DNA of 64,000 nt from a virus (lineage: Duplodnaviria > Caudoviricetes), in IMG/VR virus record IMGVR_UViG_2788499951_000002, positions 64,001 to 128,000 of that record; one strand, 5' to 3'. The translations under genes were made by a program, and so were the position numbers. The notes beneath the pieces were generated by a model that saw nothing but the letters and a program-made list of their open reading frames with translations, was not told the origin of the DNA and ran no database searches. Within the stretch, counting starts at the first letter, position 1. Each line of letters begins with the position of its first letter. Below are positions 1 to 10,151 of this stretch, in pieces.

Positions 1-213
1 ATCCTCGGGGAGGCTGACTTCGTTGGGACCGGTACCGCTGATACTGTCTACCAGCAGATCTTCGACGACACGGAGAAGCTCAGGAAGTACAAGTCGGTGT
101 ATGACTTCACCCCGTATGAGGTCACAGTCGAGCCACCGGAAGGAGAAGAAGGGGAGGCGGAGGTCATCACGGTGACACCTCCTGAGAAATTCGGAATTCT
201 CATGGGAGCATGA
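1..213 (+). CDS. 3' end of a gene entering the window (possibly tail-fibre associated)
   Basis: Open frame 1 from position 1 (ILGEADFVGTGTADTVYQQIFD...KFGILMGA) to TGA at 211-213. Confidence 0.5.
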   Translation: MLGEADFVGTGTADTVYQQIFDDTEKLRKYKSVYDFTPYEVTVEPPEGEEGEAEVITVTPPEKFGILMGA

Positions 214-351
214 ACCGATAAAGTTCATAACTGAATAAATATAATTGATGATGCACAGGGTGCGGGGTTTCCTCCTTTTCCTCGCACTTTTCATTACGCC
301 GAGAACCATGTCCTTTTCCTGCATGGCTCTCGGCTTTTTTGTGCCTGTCTA

Positions 352-513
352 TCAGATAATCGCACTCCCGATCCCGAGGATTACCCCACCCACGAAGACA
401 ATCACCCCGATCACCAAGATCATCACCTGCCGATCCAACTCAGTGGATTCTTCCTCATCGAGTTGCTCATCTGTCTTCCGGATGAAGTATCCATCATCAT
501 GTTCGTCGTTCAT
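352..513 (-). CDS. small membrane protein (53 aa)
   Basis: MNDEHDDGYF...VMILVIGVIVFVGGVILGIGSAII; acidic N-terminus, C-terminal TM helix; abuts the stop of the upstream ORF. Confidence 0.55.
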   Translation of the reverse strand: MNDEHDDGYFIRKTDEQLDEEESTELDRQVMILVIGVIVFVGGVILGIGSAII

Positions 514-672
514 CTAACGTCCCTCCCGTGTGTCGAATGTTCTCTCTACCCTATCACCCATATCCCCGACTGTCCAGTCCGACATCCCGAAGTCATCTGG
601 GATCGACCAGTCTTGAGGCACGGCATAGAACAAGGCTATCAGGATCATGAATGTGATTAGTGCACCACGCAT
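514..672 (-). CDS. small protein with N-terminal hydrophobic/signal segment (52 aa)
   Basis: MRGALITFMILIALFYAVPQDW...; GAAGAGG upstream. Confidence 0.5.
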   Translation of the reverse strand: MRGALITFMILIALFYAVPQDWSIPDDFGMSDWTVGDMGDRVERTFDTREGR

Positions 673-739
673 ATTGTGGCCCTCTTCAGTTTTCGATGCC
701 CCATAATAACAAATGCCACCCGAAGGTGGCAAATGTGTG

Positions 740-1126
740 TCATTGCAGTGTCTTCCTGAGACGCTCTGTGAGGGCCGCTCTGCTGATCCCTTGTGATGCA
801 TCGTCTGAGTCTTCACCGTCCTGTGAGGAGGCAGGTTGGGTGGTCTTTGTCCCGCTCCGCATCATCTTCTCCCTGTCCAGCTTCAGCTTGTCCCGTTTGG
901 CCATGGCATCCTTCGCCTGTGCGAGGAAATCACGAGCCAGCTCCAGATACTTCAGCCGGTTCTTCGGTTCAATCAGATCGATGTCATCCATCTGCATCTT
1001 ATAGGTGTCGAGTGCGAACTTGATCACCAGATCGAGATCACGTTCTTCTGCGCTCTCTGGGATCTCTATTGATTCAAGGCGCTCTGCCTCTTCAAACCCG
1101 AACTCTTCATCAAGTGGGTGTGCCAT
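740..1126 (-). CDS. hypothetical helical protein
   Basis: 128 aa ORF with GAGG RBS; coiled-coil-like. Confidence 0.7.
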   Translation of the reverse strand: MAHPLDEEFGFEEAERLESIEIPESAEERDLDLVIKFALDTYKMQMDDIDLIEPKNRLKYLELARDFLAQAKDAMAKRDKLKLDREKMMRSGTKTTQPASSQDGEDSDDASQGISRAALTERLRKTLQ

Positions 1127-1141
1127 GTTACTTACCTCTCG

Positions 1142-1648
1142 TTATTTGGTTGAGTTGCTATACTCGATGTATTGTTTCATTACTGTGTCATAATCAACCG
1201 AACTATGATGCGGCCAATGAGTGACATATGCACTGACGGCTTCTTCCAGATTACATGGTTCATCCATCAGGCGGTCACAGTAATAAATGTAAGTCATCAT
1301 AATCTGGAATGCCACATTATAAGACATCGCAATAAACAAATCATCCGGATGTGTGTTCTTGATATCGATGAGGCAAATATCATTGATGTTTTCGATCCAC
1401 CACTTATTGGGACGAACAACATTGAAGAGTACACTATCAAACATCGCGCGATTCATTCGGCTCAGTCCGTGGTACTCAATTCCCTGTGTGTCGACATCAA
1501 TGTAGCCAACCAGATCGGTCTGCATCAGGAAGGTGATCTCGATCAGTGAGACCTCAGCCTTCCGGATGGGGTGGGTGCGATTGATGGACTCGAGGGTGCT
1601 CTCAACGAGCTTTCTGGTCTGTTTTTCGTAGGTCGGTTTGGTACTCAT
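1142..1648 (-). CDS. hypothetical protein, possibly degenerate lysozyme/transglycosylase-like fold
   Basis: AAGGAG RBS before MSTKPTYE; C-terminal pattern YNVAFQIMMTYIYY...LEEAVSAYVTHW recalls phage lysozyme-like proteins. Confidence 0.55.
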   Translation of the reverse strand: MSTKPTYEKQTRKLVESTLESINRTHPIRKAEVSLIEITFLMQTDLVGYIDVDTQGIEYHGLSRMNRAMFDSVLFNVVRPNKWWIENINDICLIDIKNTHPDDLFIAMSYNVAFQIMMTYIYYCDRLMDEPCNLEEAVSAYVTHWPHHSSVDYDTVMKQYIEYSNSTK

Positions 1649-1931
1649 GCAGTCGTTCTCCTTTGTCTGTGTGCCAGTATTTATGCGGGTTCCTTGAGGA
1701 AACGGCCAAGATATATCTATCACCGAGATATAGGCTGAGTACTACCAACAAGACCTTCCCGTGCGAGACGGTCATACGGTGGATCCTGTATGAGGATGAT
1801 CAGGATGATGGATGTCATGAGAAGGGATTGACACATGGGATCGGGGGTGCTAAATAGGGATGTACCGATGCAGAGAAAGACCAATGCCTAGTTCCATATC
1901 GTAATCGGTACCACAACCAAAGGATCTCATC

Positions 1932-2690
1932 ATGTCCAAGAAACAGAAACTGCAAGTCGTGGGTTCAGCTGACGAACATAAAGCAATGGCGGGTAAGAAC
2001 TTCTCCGTGCATCACTTGGTATCATTCAAGGCGATGACCGAACGCCAGCAAGAGTTCATCAATGCGTTCTATGAGAGTGAAACCCCGATTATTGTTCAGT
2101 ATGGTTCCGCCGGTTCAGGTAAGACGGCCACCGCACTATATGCAGCACTCCATCATGTGTTCGATAAATCCACCGTATATGACAAAGTCGTCATTATCCG
2201 TTCAGCTGTTCAGGCACGTGAGATCGGTTTCCTCAAGGGTGATGAAGATGAGAAGGATGCAGTATATGAAGCTCCTTATGATGCACTCCTGAATGAACTG
2301 ACAACATTCAAATCAACCGCATATGCAAACCTGAAGGCACAGCATATTGTCGAGTTCCACAATACGTCTTTCCTGCGGGGCAAGACTTTCAACAACGCTA
2401 TCATGATTCTCGATGAGTTCGAGAACTGTACCTACCACGAACTGGCCACTGTCATTACCCGCATGGGCTACAACACCCGTCTTGTGATGTGTGGGGACCA
2501 TAAGCAGGTCGACTTGCACAAGCGGTCCGACAAGACTGGCTTCTTCAAGCTCCTTCGTATCCTGCGTCGTATGGATCCTGATCGTGCCAAGCTGATCAAG
2601 TACGTACCTGAGGACTGTGTACGATCAGGCATCGCCAAGGACTTCCTGCTTGCTGAGGAAGAAGACGCACTCGAGCATGGCGACGACTAA
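1932..2690 (+). CDS. phoH: PhoH-like ATPase
   Basis: GSAGSGKT Walker A, IIRSAV, IGFLKG, FLRGKTF, ILDEFEN, GDHKQVD, VRSG. Confidence 0.95.
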   Translation: MSKKQKLQVVGSADEHKAMAGKNFSVHHLVSFKAMTERQQEFINAFYESETPIIVQYGSAGSGKTATALYAALHHVFDKSTVYDKVVIIRSAVQAREIGFLKGDEDEKDAVYEAPYDALLNELTTFKSTAYANLKAQHIVEFHNTSFLRGKTFNNAIMILDEFENCTYHELATVITRMGYNTRLVMCGDHKQVDLHKRSDKTGFFKLLRILRRMDPDRAKLIKYVPEDCVRSGIAKDFLLAEEEDALEHGDD

Positions 2691-2706
2691 CGAAACGAAT
2701 GAGGCA

Positions 2707-2739
2707 AGGGGGAGATGTGAATCTCCCCCTTGTTTTGTT
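2707..2739 (+). terminator. intrinsic terminator
   Basis: AGGGGGAGAT-GTGA-ATCTCCCCCT followed by T-rich tract. Confidence 0.7.
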
Positions 2740-2793
2740 TAGGCACCCGTGGTATAAGTATCTGGGTACACCACTCACACAAGGAACCATCCA

Positions 2794-3414
2794 ATGAAAG
2801 CAATCCTTCTCAACGGACCACCTCGCTCCGGAAAGGATGAGATCTATCGAATCATCCAGTCCCTGTCTGACCACCGACACTCAATCGTGGAGGTACATCA
2901 TCATAAGTTCGCTGCTGCCCTCTCTGAGTCCGTAGCACGGCTGTTCGGGTATGATCCTCTGGAATGGGCATCCGTCTATGCATCGAAGAAGGACGAGCCT
3001 CTCCGTCGCCTCCGTGGGATGTCTCCCCGTGGTGCACTGATCTGGATGGCAGAGACCGTCGTCAAGCCCAAGTTCGGTGACGACTTCTTCGGTGTCTCTC
3101 TGGCGGCCAAGATCGAATCTGAACTTGACTCTGGGATGATGCCCAACGGTGATGGGGATCTGATTGTCATCAGTGACTGTGGTTTCATCGACGAGGTTCA
3201 GCCTATCGTGACAAGTATCGGTGTGGATAACTGTTTCTTGGTTCATACCGAACGGGAAGGCCGGAACTTCAAGGATGACAGTCGCGGATACCTCGGCAGT
3301 TCAGATCTGTGCATTCCCGAGAGTCAGTGCTTCCGTATCGTCAATGACGGTGGTATCTCTGATCTCGAATGCTCGGTGGCAACCATTCTGACTGAGATAG
3401 GGTACTCGGAATGA
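2794..3414 (+). CDS. deoxynucleoside monophosphate kinase
   Basis: NGPPRSGKD P-loop, FA..L, PR..LI, ISDCGFIDE, DSR. Confidence 0.8.
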   Translation: MKAILLNGPPRSGKDEIYRIIQSLSDHRHSIVEVHHHKFAAALSESVARLFGYDPLEWASVYASKKDEPLRRLRGMSPRGALIWMAETVVKPKFGDDFFGVSLAAKIESELDSGMMPNGDGDLIVISDCGFIDEVQPIVTSIGVDNCFLVHTEREGRNFKDDSRGYLGSSDLCIPESQCFRIVNDGGISDLECSVATILTEIGYSE

Positions 3415-4046
3415 ACGGTGGAGGAAGTGAGTACGATCTGATCCCGATCAACTTCTGGACGGACTTCTTCACGATGAACGGGTTCGAACTCACTGTTCGC
3501 CCGATAGAGGGGAAACTCGAAGATCCGTCCAATGTCGATTGGTCTGAATTGGATCGATACTTCACCAGTTCAGGATCTGCAACCGGTGAATGTGTGATGG
3601 GCTACGTCGTGAGGGAGTTGGTCAAGGATGGCGTTGATCCATCACATATCATTGACGCGACCAAGATGTTTGAGTATCTGTTGGTGGGAAGCACATCGAT
3701 CATGGATGACAAAGTGGGACAGACCTACACGTTCAGTCTCCTCTCGTTCCCCGCACTCAAGGTCTTCATGTCGCATGGTGATGGTGAGCTGATGACCGGT
3801 GATGACACGATGGAGGTTCAGCCTCGATTCCCCATGGTGGATGAAGCCGGTCAGATGGGGGTGATTGATATCTCCAGCATGGGGGCATACCCTCAGGACA
3901 TTTTCCATCATGTCCCTATCCTGAAGCTCCACGGCCCGTTGGGAAACTCAATCTCTGAGTCGTGTGGCCTGTATGCACTGCCCCGAACGATCAGGGACAG
4001 GATCACTGAAGAAACCCGTGTTTTGATCGGTATCGAAAATTTGTGA
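3411..4046 (+). CDS. hypothetical protein (near match to C-terminal motif: GIENL*)
   Basis: 211 aa ORF overlapping the previous stop (ATGA). Confidence 0.7.
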   Translation: MNGGGSEYDLIPINFWTDFFTMNGFELTVRPIEGKLEDPSNVDWSELDRYFTSSGSATGECVMGYVVRELVKDGVDPSHIIDATKMFEYLLVGSTSIMDDKVGQTYTFSLLSFPALKVFMSHGDGELMTGDDTMEVQPRFPMVDEAGQMGVIDISSMGAYPQDIFHHVPILKLHGPLGNSISESCGLYALPRTIRDRITEETRVLIGIENL

Positions 4047-4075
4047 TTGACACATTCATCAATGAGCAGTAAGAT
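4047..4075 (+). promoter_or_regulatory. sigma70-like early promoter
   Basis: TTGACA-17-TAAGAT upstream of uvsX. Confidence 0.7.
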
Positions 4076-4102
4076 AGACCCCGTCATCAAAAAGGAGAAA
4101 GT

Positions 4103-6076
4103 ATGAGCAACAAGATCGCATCCCTGCGCAAGTCCCTCGAGAAGAAAGAGATCTCAACCAAACTGTCCCAGCCGGACGACTGGATCTCCTTTGGCTCTCA
4201 TGCGCTCAACTACATCGCCACCGGTTCTTTCTACCGTGGCATCCCCAACCGTCGTCTGGTTATGAACTTTGGTCAGTCTGGCTGTGTCGATGGTGAGACC
4301 GAGTATCTCTCCCCGACTGGCTGGAAGAAGATCTCCGACTATGTCGAAGGTGACAAGGTCGCTCAGTTCAATCTCGATGGTGAAGTCGCAGAGTTCGTCA
4401 CCCCCAAGGGCTTTGTGAAGACACCGACTGACGAGTTCTTCGTTCTCAGTTCAGACACTGGTATCGATCAGGTGCTGAGTCCGGAACACCGCGTCCTCTA
4501 CGAGGATGACAACGGTGAGTTTCAGACTGATTTGGCGGCAAGCTTTGTCACCAATCACAATGAGGGTAAGCTGAACGGTGCCCGTATCCCGTGGCAGGTG
4601 AGTCTGGGTGGCACTGGTACTGGTCTGACAACTGACGAGGTACTGCTCCATACCCTGATGGATGCTATGCCTACCGTCGAGACTGACGAGGTGGTCAGTG
4701 TTGGGTTCCTGTCCAAGGATACTGATCAGTATCATCGTGCTCTGGACTTCAGCATGATTGTCTCGGAGATTGGCTGTGACACATTCAGCCTGAATGTTGA
4801 TGGTGGCGTCCCCACCGTTTCATTCGTTCCCACGGTGAGTCGTGAGAAGTGGCGAGAGGTACGCTGGAACATTGCAGACTCGGAACTCCCGCACATCTGG
4901 GGTGTCCTGCAATCACCGAACAACGGAACCCTGCTTTACCCGAGTACGAACAAGTCAGATGTCGACTTCGTGCAGTATGTGATGAATGCCGACGGTGAGC
5001 GAACCTCTGTTCTGACCTTTACTGATGAGGATAATCCGGAACTGGTTTGGCATACACTGGTCGAAGAATCATCACGTATGACTCTCGACGAGGACGAGAT
5101 CGGCCTGATTGAGAAGGAAGACATCGGCCATGACGGCTTCAAGTACTGCTTCGCGGTACCAAGTGGTTATCTGGTCATGCGCCGTAACGGCTCTGTCTTC
5201 ATCACCGGTAACACGGGTAAGTCTCTGATCGCTGGTCATGCTGCGAAGAACATGCAGGACAACGGTCGACTGGTCATCTATATCGATACCGAGGATGCGA
5301 TTGATCCTGACTATCTGAAGCGCATCGGGGTTGATGTGGACGATGAAGACAAGTTCATGCCGATCCGACTGAGCACCATCGAGGATCTGAGTGATGTCAC
5401 CTCTGAAATCTTCAGAACCTTCGAGAAGACGGACAAGATCGGTATCATCGTTGACTCACTCGGTATGATCGATACTCGGGACCGCACTGAGGCATTCGAC
5501 AAGAAGGGTGAGATGAAGAACGACATGGGTGTTCTCGCCAAGAAGCTGAAGCAGTACCTGCGTTCAATCGCTGCCAAGGTCGGTGAGTATGACTGCATGT
5601 TCCTCGCGAACCAGCACGTATACGCCAACCAGAACGTACTGGATGGGCGCGGGACTCACGTTCCCAGTGGTGGCGAAGCCCAGATCTACATCCCGTCCAT
5701 CAGTCTCATGTTCAAGAAACTGAAACTGAAGGAAGATGGTGCCATCACCGGTATCAAACTGAAGGCCACGACAGAGAAGACCCGCTTCTTCCAGCTCGGA
5801 TATGCGGTTCAGCTCGAAGTTCCGTATGCCACCGGTATCGATCCGTATGACGGCGTTCTGGAGATCATCGAGTCGAACTCTGACTTCCTGTCCAAGTCTG
5901 GTGCGTGGTATAGCTATCAGGACGACGAGGGCAACACTGTCAAGTTCCAGAAGAGCAAGTCCGAGGAACATCTGGACTACCTCATGGGACGCATGGAACC
6001 GTCCGAGGAAGAGCTTCTGAGTCGACTGAGTGAGAGTGAGGGTGAAGAAGAATCCTCTGAGAATGAAGAAGACTGA
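4103..6076 (+). CDS. uvsX: RecA/UvsX recombinase with intein in the P-loop
   Basis: GQSG|intein|TGKS, YIDTEDA, IIVDSLG, ANQHVY, SGG, EKTRF. Confidence 0.92.
   Translation: MSNKIASLRKSLEKKEISTKLSQPDDWISFGSHALNYIATGSFYRGIPNRRLVMNFGQSGCVDGETEYLSPTGWKKISDYVEGDKVAQFNLDGEVAEFVTPKGFVKTPTDEFFVLSSDTGIDQVLSPEHRVLYEDDNGEFQTDLAASFVTNHNEGKLNGARIPWQVSLGGTGTGLTTDEVLLHTLMDAMPTVETDEVVSVGFLSKDTDQYHRALDFSMIVSEIGCDTFSLNVDGGVPTVSFVPTVSREKWREVRWNIADSELPHIWGVLQSPNNGTLLYPSTNKSDVDFVQYVMNADGERTSVLTFTDEDNPELVWHTLVEESSRMTLDEDEIGLIEKEDIGHDGFKYCFAVPSGYLVMRRNGSVFITGNTGKSLIAGHAAKNMQDNGRLVIYIDTEDAIDPDYLKRIGVDVDDEDKFMPIRLSTIEDLSDVTSEIFRTFEKTDKIGIIVDSLGMIDTRDRTEAFDKKGEMKNDMGVLAKKLKQYLRSIAAKVGEYDCMFLANQHVYANQNVLDGRGTHVPSGGEAQIYIPSISLMFKKLKLKEDGAITGIKLKATTEKTRFFQLGYAVQLEVPYATGIDPYDGVLEIIESNSDFLSKSGAWYSYQDDEGNTVKFQKSKSEEHLDYLMGRMEPSEEELLSRLSESEGEEESSENEED
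4283..5212 (+). mobile_element. intein (310 aa) in UvsX
   Basis: Starts CVDGETEYL, block B SPEHRV, ends RRNGSVFITGN followed by Thr; removal restores Walker A GQSGTGKS. Confidence 0.9.
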
Positions 6077-6097
6077 TCTGTGATGTGAAGTAAGTAT

Positions 6098-6131
6098 AGG
6101 GCTGGCTCCTCTGGGGTCAGCCCTTATTTTT
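6098..6131 (+). terminator. intrinsic terminator
   Basis: AGGGCTGGCTCC-TCT-GGGGTCAGCCCT followed by TATTTTT. Confidence 0.65.
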
Positions 6132-6233
6132 GGAGATGACCATGGACATTCTATGGCAAATTGCCCTTCTGATCGCAGTCTGTGTTTTCATACGTATGCT
6201 GGCAGCCGCCTTCTGGCATGATGATCAAGACTA

Positions 6234-6262
6234 TTGACATCCTCCCATGACTTTGAGATAAT
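6234..6262 (+). promoter_or_regulatory. sigma70-like promoter
   Basis: TTGACA-17-GATAAT. Confidence 0.65.
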
Positions 6263-6283
6263 CAACCATCAACTGAGGAGACC

Positions 6284-6733
6284 ATGATGGACGTTATTGA
6301 TATTCAGAACCGTCTTGCAACACTCGAGGCGGAGTTCAACACCCTGTTCAATGATACCCTTCCCCTTTTCGACCTGAGTGGCAACACACTCAAGGCATGT
6401 CTGATCAATCAGCTCCCGATGCAGGTCGAGTGGGAGATGATGGTTCGCAAACTCTCGTATCTGTTTGACGAATGTGAGATGGAGATGGAGACAGCATATT
6501 CCGCCTCGTTCAAGAATGAGATGTCGAACAAATATGTCAAGGTCTCGACTACTGAGGCCAAGGAGTTCGCAAAGGCCGACCCGACATATCAATCTTATCG
6601 CAGGGCATTGAACAAGGTCAGACAGGTACGCGATGAGGCTCGTGGATGTCTCGAGACTGTCATGTCCAGAAAGTACACCTGTAACAGTCTGACCAACGCA
6701 ATCGTCGCCGGTGTCGATTCAACTATCCTGTAA
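6284..6733 (+). CDS. uvsY: UvsY-like recombination mediator
   Basis: Helical 149 aa protein between uvsX and uvsW; STTEAKEFAKADP and C-terminal AG pattern. Confidence 0.7.
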   Translation: MMDVIDIQNRLATLEAEFNTLFNDTLPLFDLSGNTLKACLINQLPMQVEWEMMVRKLSYLFDECEMEMETAYSASFKNEMSNKYVKVSTTEAKEFAKADPTYQSYRRALNKVRQVRDEARGCLETVMSRKYTCNSLTNAIVAGVDSTIL

Positions 6734-6742
6734 GGAGACAAC

Positions 6743-7021
6743 ATGAACCCACTTCAGCGCATTTCCGAGATCCATGGTGATTTCGATCAATGTGACCATG
6801 AGTTGCTCCGTGCACTCAGCCAGAAGACAGACGCGGAGCTTGAGCAGTTCTTGACTGACATGATTCGTCAGTTGGATGGGATACGATCCCAGAAGAATCC
6901 AAACTGGATCAAGCAACAGGAAGAGATAGTGAAGGCCACCCAGTTGATGATGGAGTATCGTCAGCTAGAGAAGGTGATCAGAGAAGAACGAGACGACTTA
7001 GGAGGCACGACGTTGGTATGA
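6743..7021 (+). CDS. hypothetical protein
   Basis: 92 aa ORF, AAGGAG RBS. Confidence 0.7.
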   Translation: MNPLQRISEIHGDFDQCDHELLRALSQKTDAELEQFLTDMIRQLDGIRSQKNPNWIKQQEEIVKATQLMMEYRQLEKVIREERDDLGGTTLV

Positions 7022-8466
7022 AGAAAACAATCACACTACTGGATGAGGTGAACTGTCAGTTTGATGGATTCACACGATCCGAGATATCGAAGATTTCCGA
7101 GTGCGTCTCATACCTCCCTGAGGGGTATTTCCAGATGGCCGCATACAAGCTTGGGAATGTGGATGCATGCAAGGAACGCCTGATGACCCCAGAGGGAGTA
7201 ACGTTCATCTACCTCATCCCCGAGATCCTCGACTACATGGATCTGATTGGTTTCAATACTGATGCGGTCGAGTTGGTTGATGAGCGACCTCCCGTTCCCG
7301 ATCTGGATATCCCCCTTGTCGATGAGAACTTCCTTCTGGAGGAGACAGGGTTCCCGCTGCGCCCTCATCAACAGGAAGGCATCAACGCGGTCATTCAGGG
7401 CCGAAAAGGGATCCTTGAGTACGCAACATCAAGCGGTAAGACATTGTGCACTGTGGGCATCTCCAAGGCGTTTGACGGGATACTGAAGAGTCTGGTCATC
7501 GTCCCGTCCGAGGCATTGGTCCATCAGACATATGAAGATTACGCGAAGACGAATCTCAATGCGATTGCTCTGACCAAGAAGATCAAGCCCGCCAAGCGTG
7601 CTCAAGCCTTCAAGGATCATGACCATGTGATCATCACCTCGAAGCTGCTGGCCAACTGCCTCGAACATGTCGACGGTGAGCAGTATGTGGTGATGCTGGA
7701 TGAGTGCCATGTCAACGGTCCTATCCTTCTCGATGCACTTCGATTCGAACTGGGGAATTGTCCGATTCGTGTTGGTATGACTGCCACCATGCCGACTCAT
7801 GAACTGAAGAACGTGAAGACCAAGGCCACCATCGGGGGTGATGTCCTCTCTGAGGTGACTACCAAGTTCCTGAGCGATGAGAGCATGGTGTCTTCCTCCA
7901 ACATTGAAGTCATCACGATTGATCACCCCGAGATTGACGACGTTTCGAACGGTGGGGACATCGAGTGGACGTGGGATCTGGAAAGTCACTATACCGGATC
8001 CAATGTTGATCGAATCGATGCCATCGCCAGTCACATTGAGAGTCTCCCTAAGACCAACACCCTGATCCTCTGTCATGCTGCTGTTGGTAAGATGATGAGT
8101 GATCGTCTCGGGTCGGACCTCATCGTGGATGAGACACCCACCAGTGAGCGTAAGGAGATGTTCACCAAGTTCGACGATTCGGATTACACACTGGTTGCGT
8201 CCTTCGGTACATCCGGCACCGGTCTCTCGATCAATCGCATCTTCCGAGTGATCCTGATCGACGTTGGCAAGAATGAGACGTATATCAAGCAGTCAATCGG
8301 TCGTGGTCTTCGTCTCGATGGTGACAGGAACGAGGTAGAGATCATTGACATCTCATCCAATACCAAGTATGCTAAGAAGCACCGCAAAAGTCGAATCAAG
8401 GTTTATGAACGAGATGAGTACAACTATTTCAATTCAGAAACCACCATAACCGTAAAGGAGGCGTAA
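7018..8466 (+). CDS. uvsW: UvsW-like SF2 DNA helicase
   Basis: LRPHQ, ATSSGKT, DECH, GMTAT, GTG, QSIGRGLR. Confidence 0.9.
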   Translation: MKKTITLLDEVNCQFDGFTRSEISKISECVSYLPEGYFQMAAYKLGNVDACKERLMTPEGVTFIYLIPEILDYMDLIGFNTDAVELVDERPPVPDLDIPLVDENFLLEETGFPLRPHQQEGINAVIQGRKGILEYATSSGKTLCTVGISKAFDGILKSLVIVPSEALVHQTYEDYAKTNLNAIALTKKIKPAKRAQAFKDHDHVIITSKLLANCLEHVDGEQYVVMLDECHVNGPILLDALRFELGNCPIRVGMTATMPTHELKNVKTKATIGGDVLSEVTTKFLSDESMVSSSNIEVITIDHPEIDDVSNGGDIEWTWDLESHYTGSNVDRIDAIASHIESLPKTNTLILCHAAVGKMMSDRLGSDLIVDETPTSERKEMFTKFDDSDYTLVASFGTSGTGLSINRIFRVILIDVGKNETYIKQSIGRGLRLDGDRNEVEIIDISSNTKYAKKHRKSRIKVYERDEYNYFNSETTITVKEA

Positions 8467-8470
8467 GCCA

Positions 8471-8938
8471 TTGAATTATATCGGAATTGACAACGAAGAA
8501 CTCCCGTGCACTGACGAGATCACTATCACGAAACGTCTGTTCGAGTTCAATGTAGACAAGCGCGACTACTTTCTGAACTTCAAGACGAACTGGAACATCG
8601 TTGAGACCAAGGGGTATCGATTCTCAATCGCCGGAGGGGACTTCATTCTCCCCAGTGGGTTCTTCATCATGCTGACAGACGACGTCGGTGAGATCGATTG
8701 GATCCCTGTTGATGAGAGCTTCGCTCGTCCTCTCGAGTTCGCGGCTTTCAATTCTGACCTCAACATCTGGAAGGCTGAATTACCGGTTGTCACTGGCTAT
8801 GAGGATGTGTCAATCTTCTGGCCCATGGGGAAGAACATCATCCCAGTGCAATCCAACGGTGTGGTGCTGATGATCAGTGACAAGGATCACTATCAGAAGT
8901 TCAAGAACTTCACGGTCGACGCCTTCACTATCAACTAG
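8471..8938 (+). CDS. hypothetical protein
   Basis: 155 aa ORF, TTG start after AAGGAGG. Confidence 0.7.
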   Translation: MNYIGIDNEELPCTDEITITKRLFEFNVDKRDYFLNFKTNWNIVETKGYRFSIAGGDFILPSGFFIMLTDDVGEIDWIPVDESFARPLEFAAFNSDLNIWKAELPVVTGYEDVSIFWPMGKNIIPVQSNGVVLMISDKDHYQKFKNFTVDAFTIN

Positions 8939-8947
8939 GGAGAGCAT

Positions 8948-9475
8948 ATGTACTTTGACGAGCGAAACCAACGGATTCTTCTCCGCGATGGACGCTCGGT
9001 CATGACGGAAGACGAATTTGCCCGTAGGGTTCTCAAAGACGAGAGTCTTGCGGGTATCTCTGTTTTGTCATCCCGAGCAACCGAGGTGTTTGATGAACGA
9101 TATCGACACGGGGGAGACCCAATCACTGCCGACGTGGAAGAGGTCGACGTCACCCCGACGGATAGCCATGATCACTCTGATGAAGACCTCAATCGCATCC
9201 TGAGGATCATCGCTGATTCTGACAGGATGAAGGACCGACCCGACGAATACTGGGACAGGATCGCAGATGAGATCGACTTCTTCTCACGGAGCAAGAACAT
9301 CGTCTTCCTGCAGAAGTGCATCGATCTTGTTGACAAGTTCAGGGAAGAGAAAGTCGTGTGGGGAGTGGGGCGAGGATCGTCAGCAGCGAGTCTGGTCCTC
9401 TATGTGATCGAGATTCATGACATTGATCCGATCCGCTATGGCATCCCGTTCAGTGAACTTTCAAAGGAGATGTAG
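8948..9475 (+). CDS. family C DNA polymerase (DnaE-like) fragment 1
   Basis: VWGVGRGSSAASLVLYVIEIHDIDPIRYGIPF matches DnaE G.GRGS..GSLV.Y.L.IT..DP..Y.L.F. Confidence 0.85.
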   Translation: MYFDERNQRILLRDGRSVMTEDEFARRVLKDESLAGISVLSSRATEVFDERYRHGGDPITADVEEVDVTPTDSHDHSDEDLNRILRIIADSDRMKDRPDEYWDRIADEIDFFSRSKNIVFLQKCIDLVDKFREEKVVWGVGRGSSAASLVLYVIEIHDIDPIRYGIPFSELSKEM

Positions 9476-9476
9476 C

Positions 9477-10034
9477 ATGTCACCAAGGTCCAAGCGAAGT
9501 AACACCCGAATCCACACATCACGGCTGACAGAGGAAGGCCAGCGCATCATCGAGAAGTACGTCCCTCGTATGATGGACGCTATAGCGGTGGACGTCTCAG
9601 GTCCAGAGACTGTGAAGTCCATCCTTGAGATGACGATGGCATCACAGTGGGAAGTCCCAGATACTGCGAAAATATGGGCATTCCACACGGAAGGGACATT
9701 CGGGATCGAGTTCTTTCCGGCGGGTATCTCATTCCATGCCGACACTCCGGATCGTGTAACGACGTTGTCGGGGGAGATGAGACTCAACACTCCCTCACGT
9801 GCCTCGTATCCGTACTCCGCATTTGGTTTCACCCCTGATGAGATCCGAGAGATCACCGGTCTCATGGTGGAGATTGCATCCATCCTTCCGGTGAATCAAA
9901 CCACCTCCAAGAAGAAGCGAATGATCCAAGAGGACAGTACATATGAAGCTGGGCGGTTCTCCTTACCTCGCCAGCATCGAATCCTCATTGAGCATGAGGC
10001 TCTTTCTACATACAAGGCCATGGTGCAACTATGA
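9477..10034 (+). CDS. hypothetical, C-terminal motif family (AMVQL*)
   Basis: AAGGAG RBS; first of three similar-sized tandem ORFs. Confidence 0.7.
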   Translation: MSPRSKRSNTRIHTSRLTEEGQRIIEKYVPRMMDAIAVDVSGPETVKSILEMTMASQWEVPDTAKIWAFHTEGTFGIEFFPAGISFHADTPDRVTTLSGEMRLNTPSRASYPYSAFGFTPDEIREITGLMVEIASILPVNQTTSKKKRMIQEDSTYEAGRFSLPRQHRILIEHEALSTYKAMVQL

Positions 10035-10151
10035 ACCGAACCGTATATTTCTGCCCCAAGTGTCGAGATGACTGGGCTGGCAAGTACGACACAAACCACC
10101 GGTGCACCCACTGCGGTTCACCCATCCACACACGAACCGAGGGGAGGAAAG

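Noticed and set aside
740-1126. Terminase small subunit call
   Set aside because: Size and helical character fit, but there is no diagnostic motif or adjacent large subunit; left as hypothetical.
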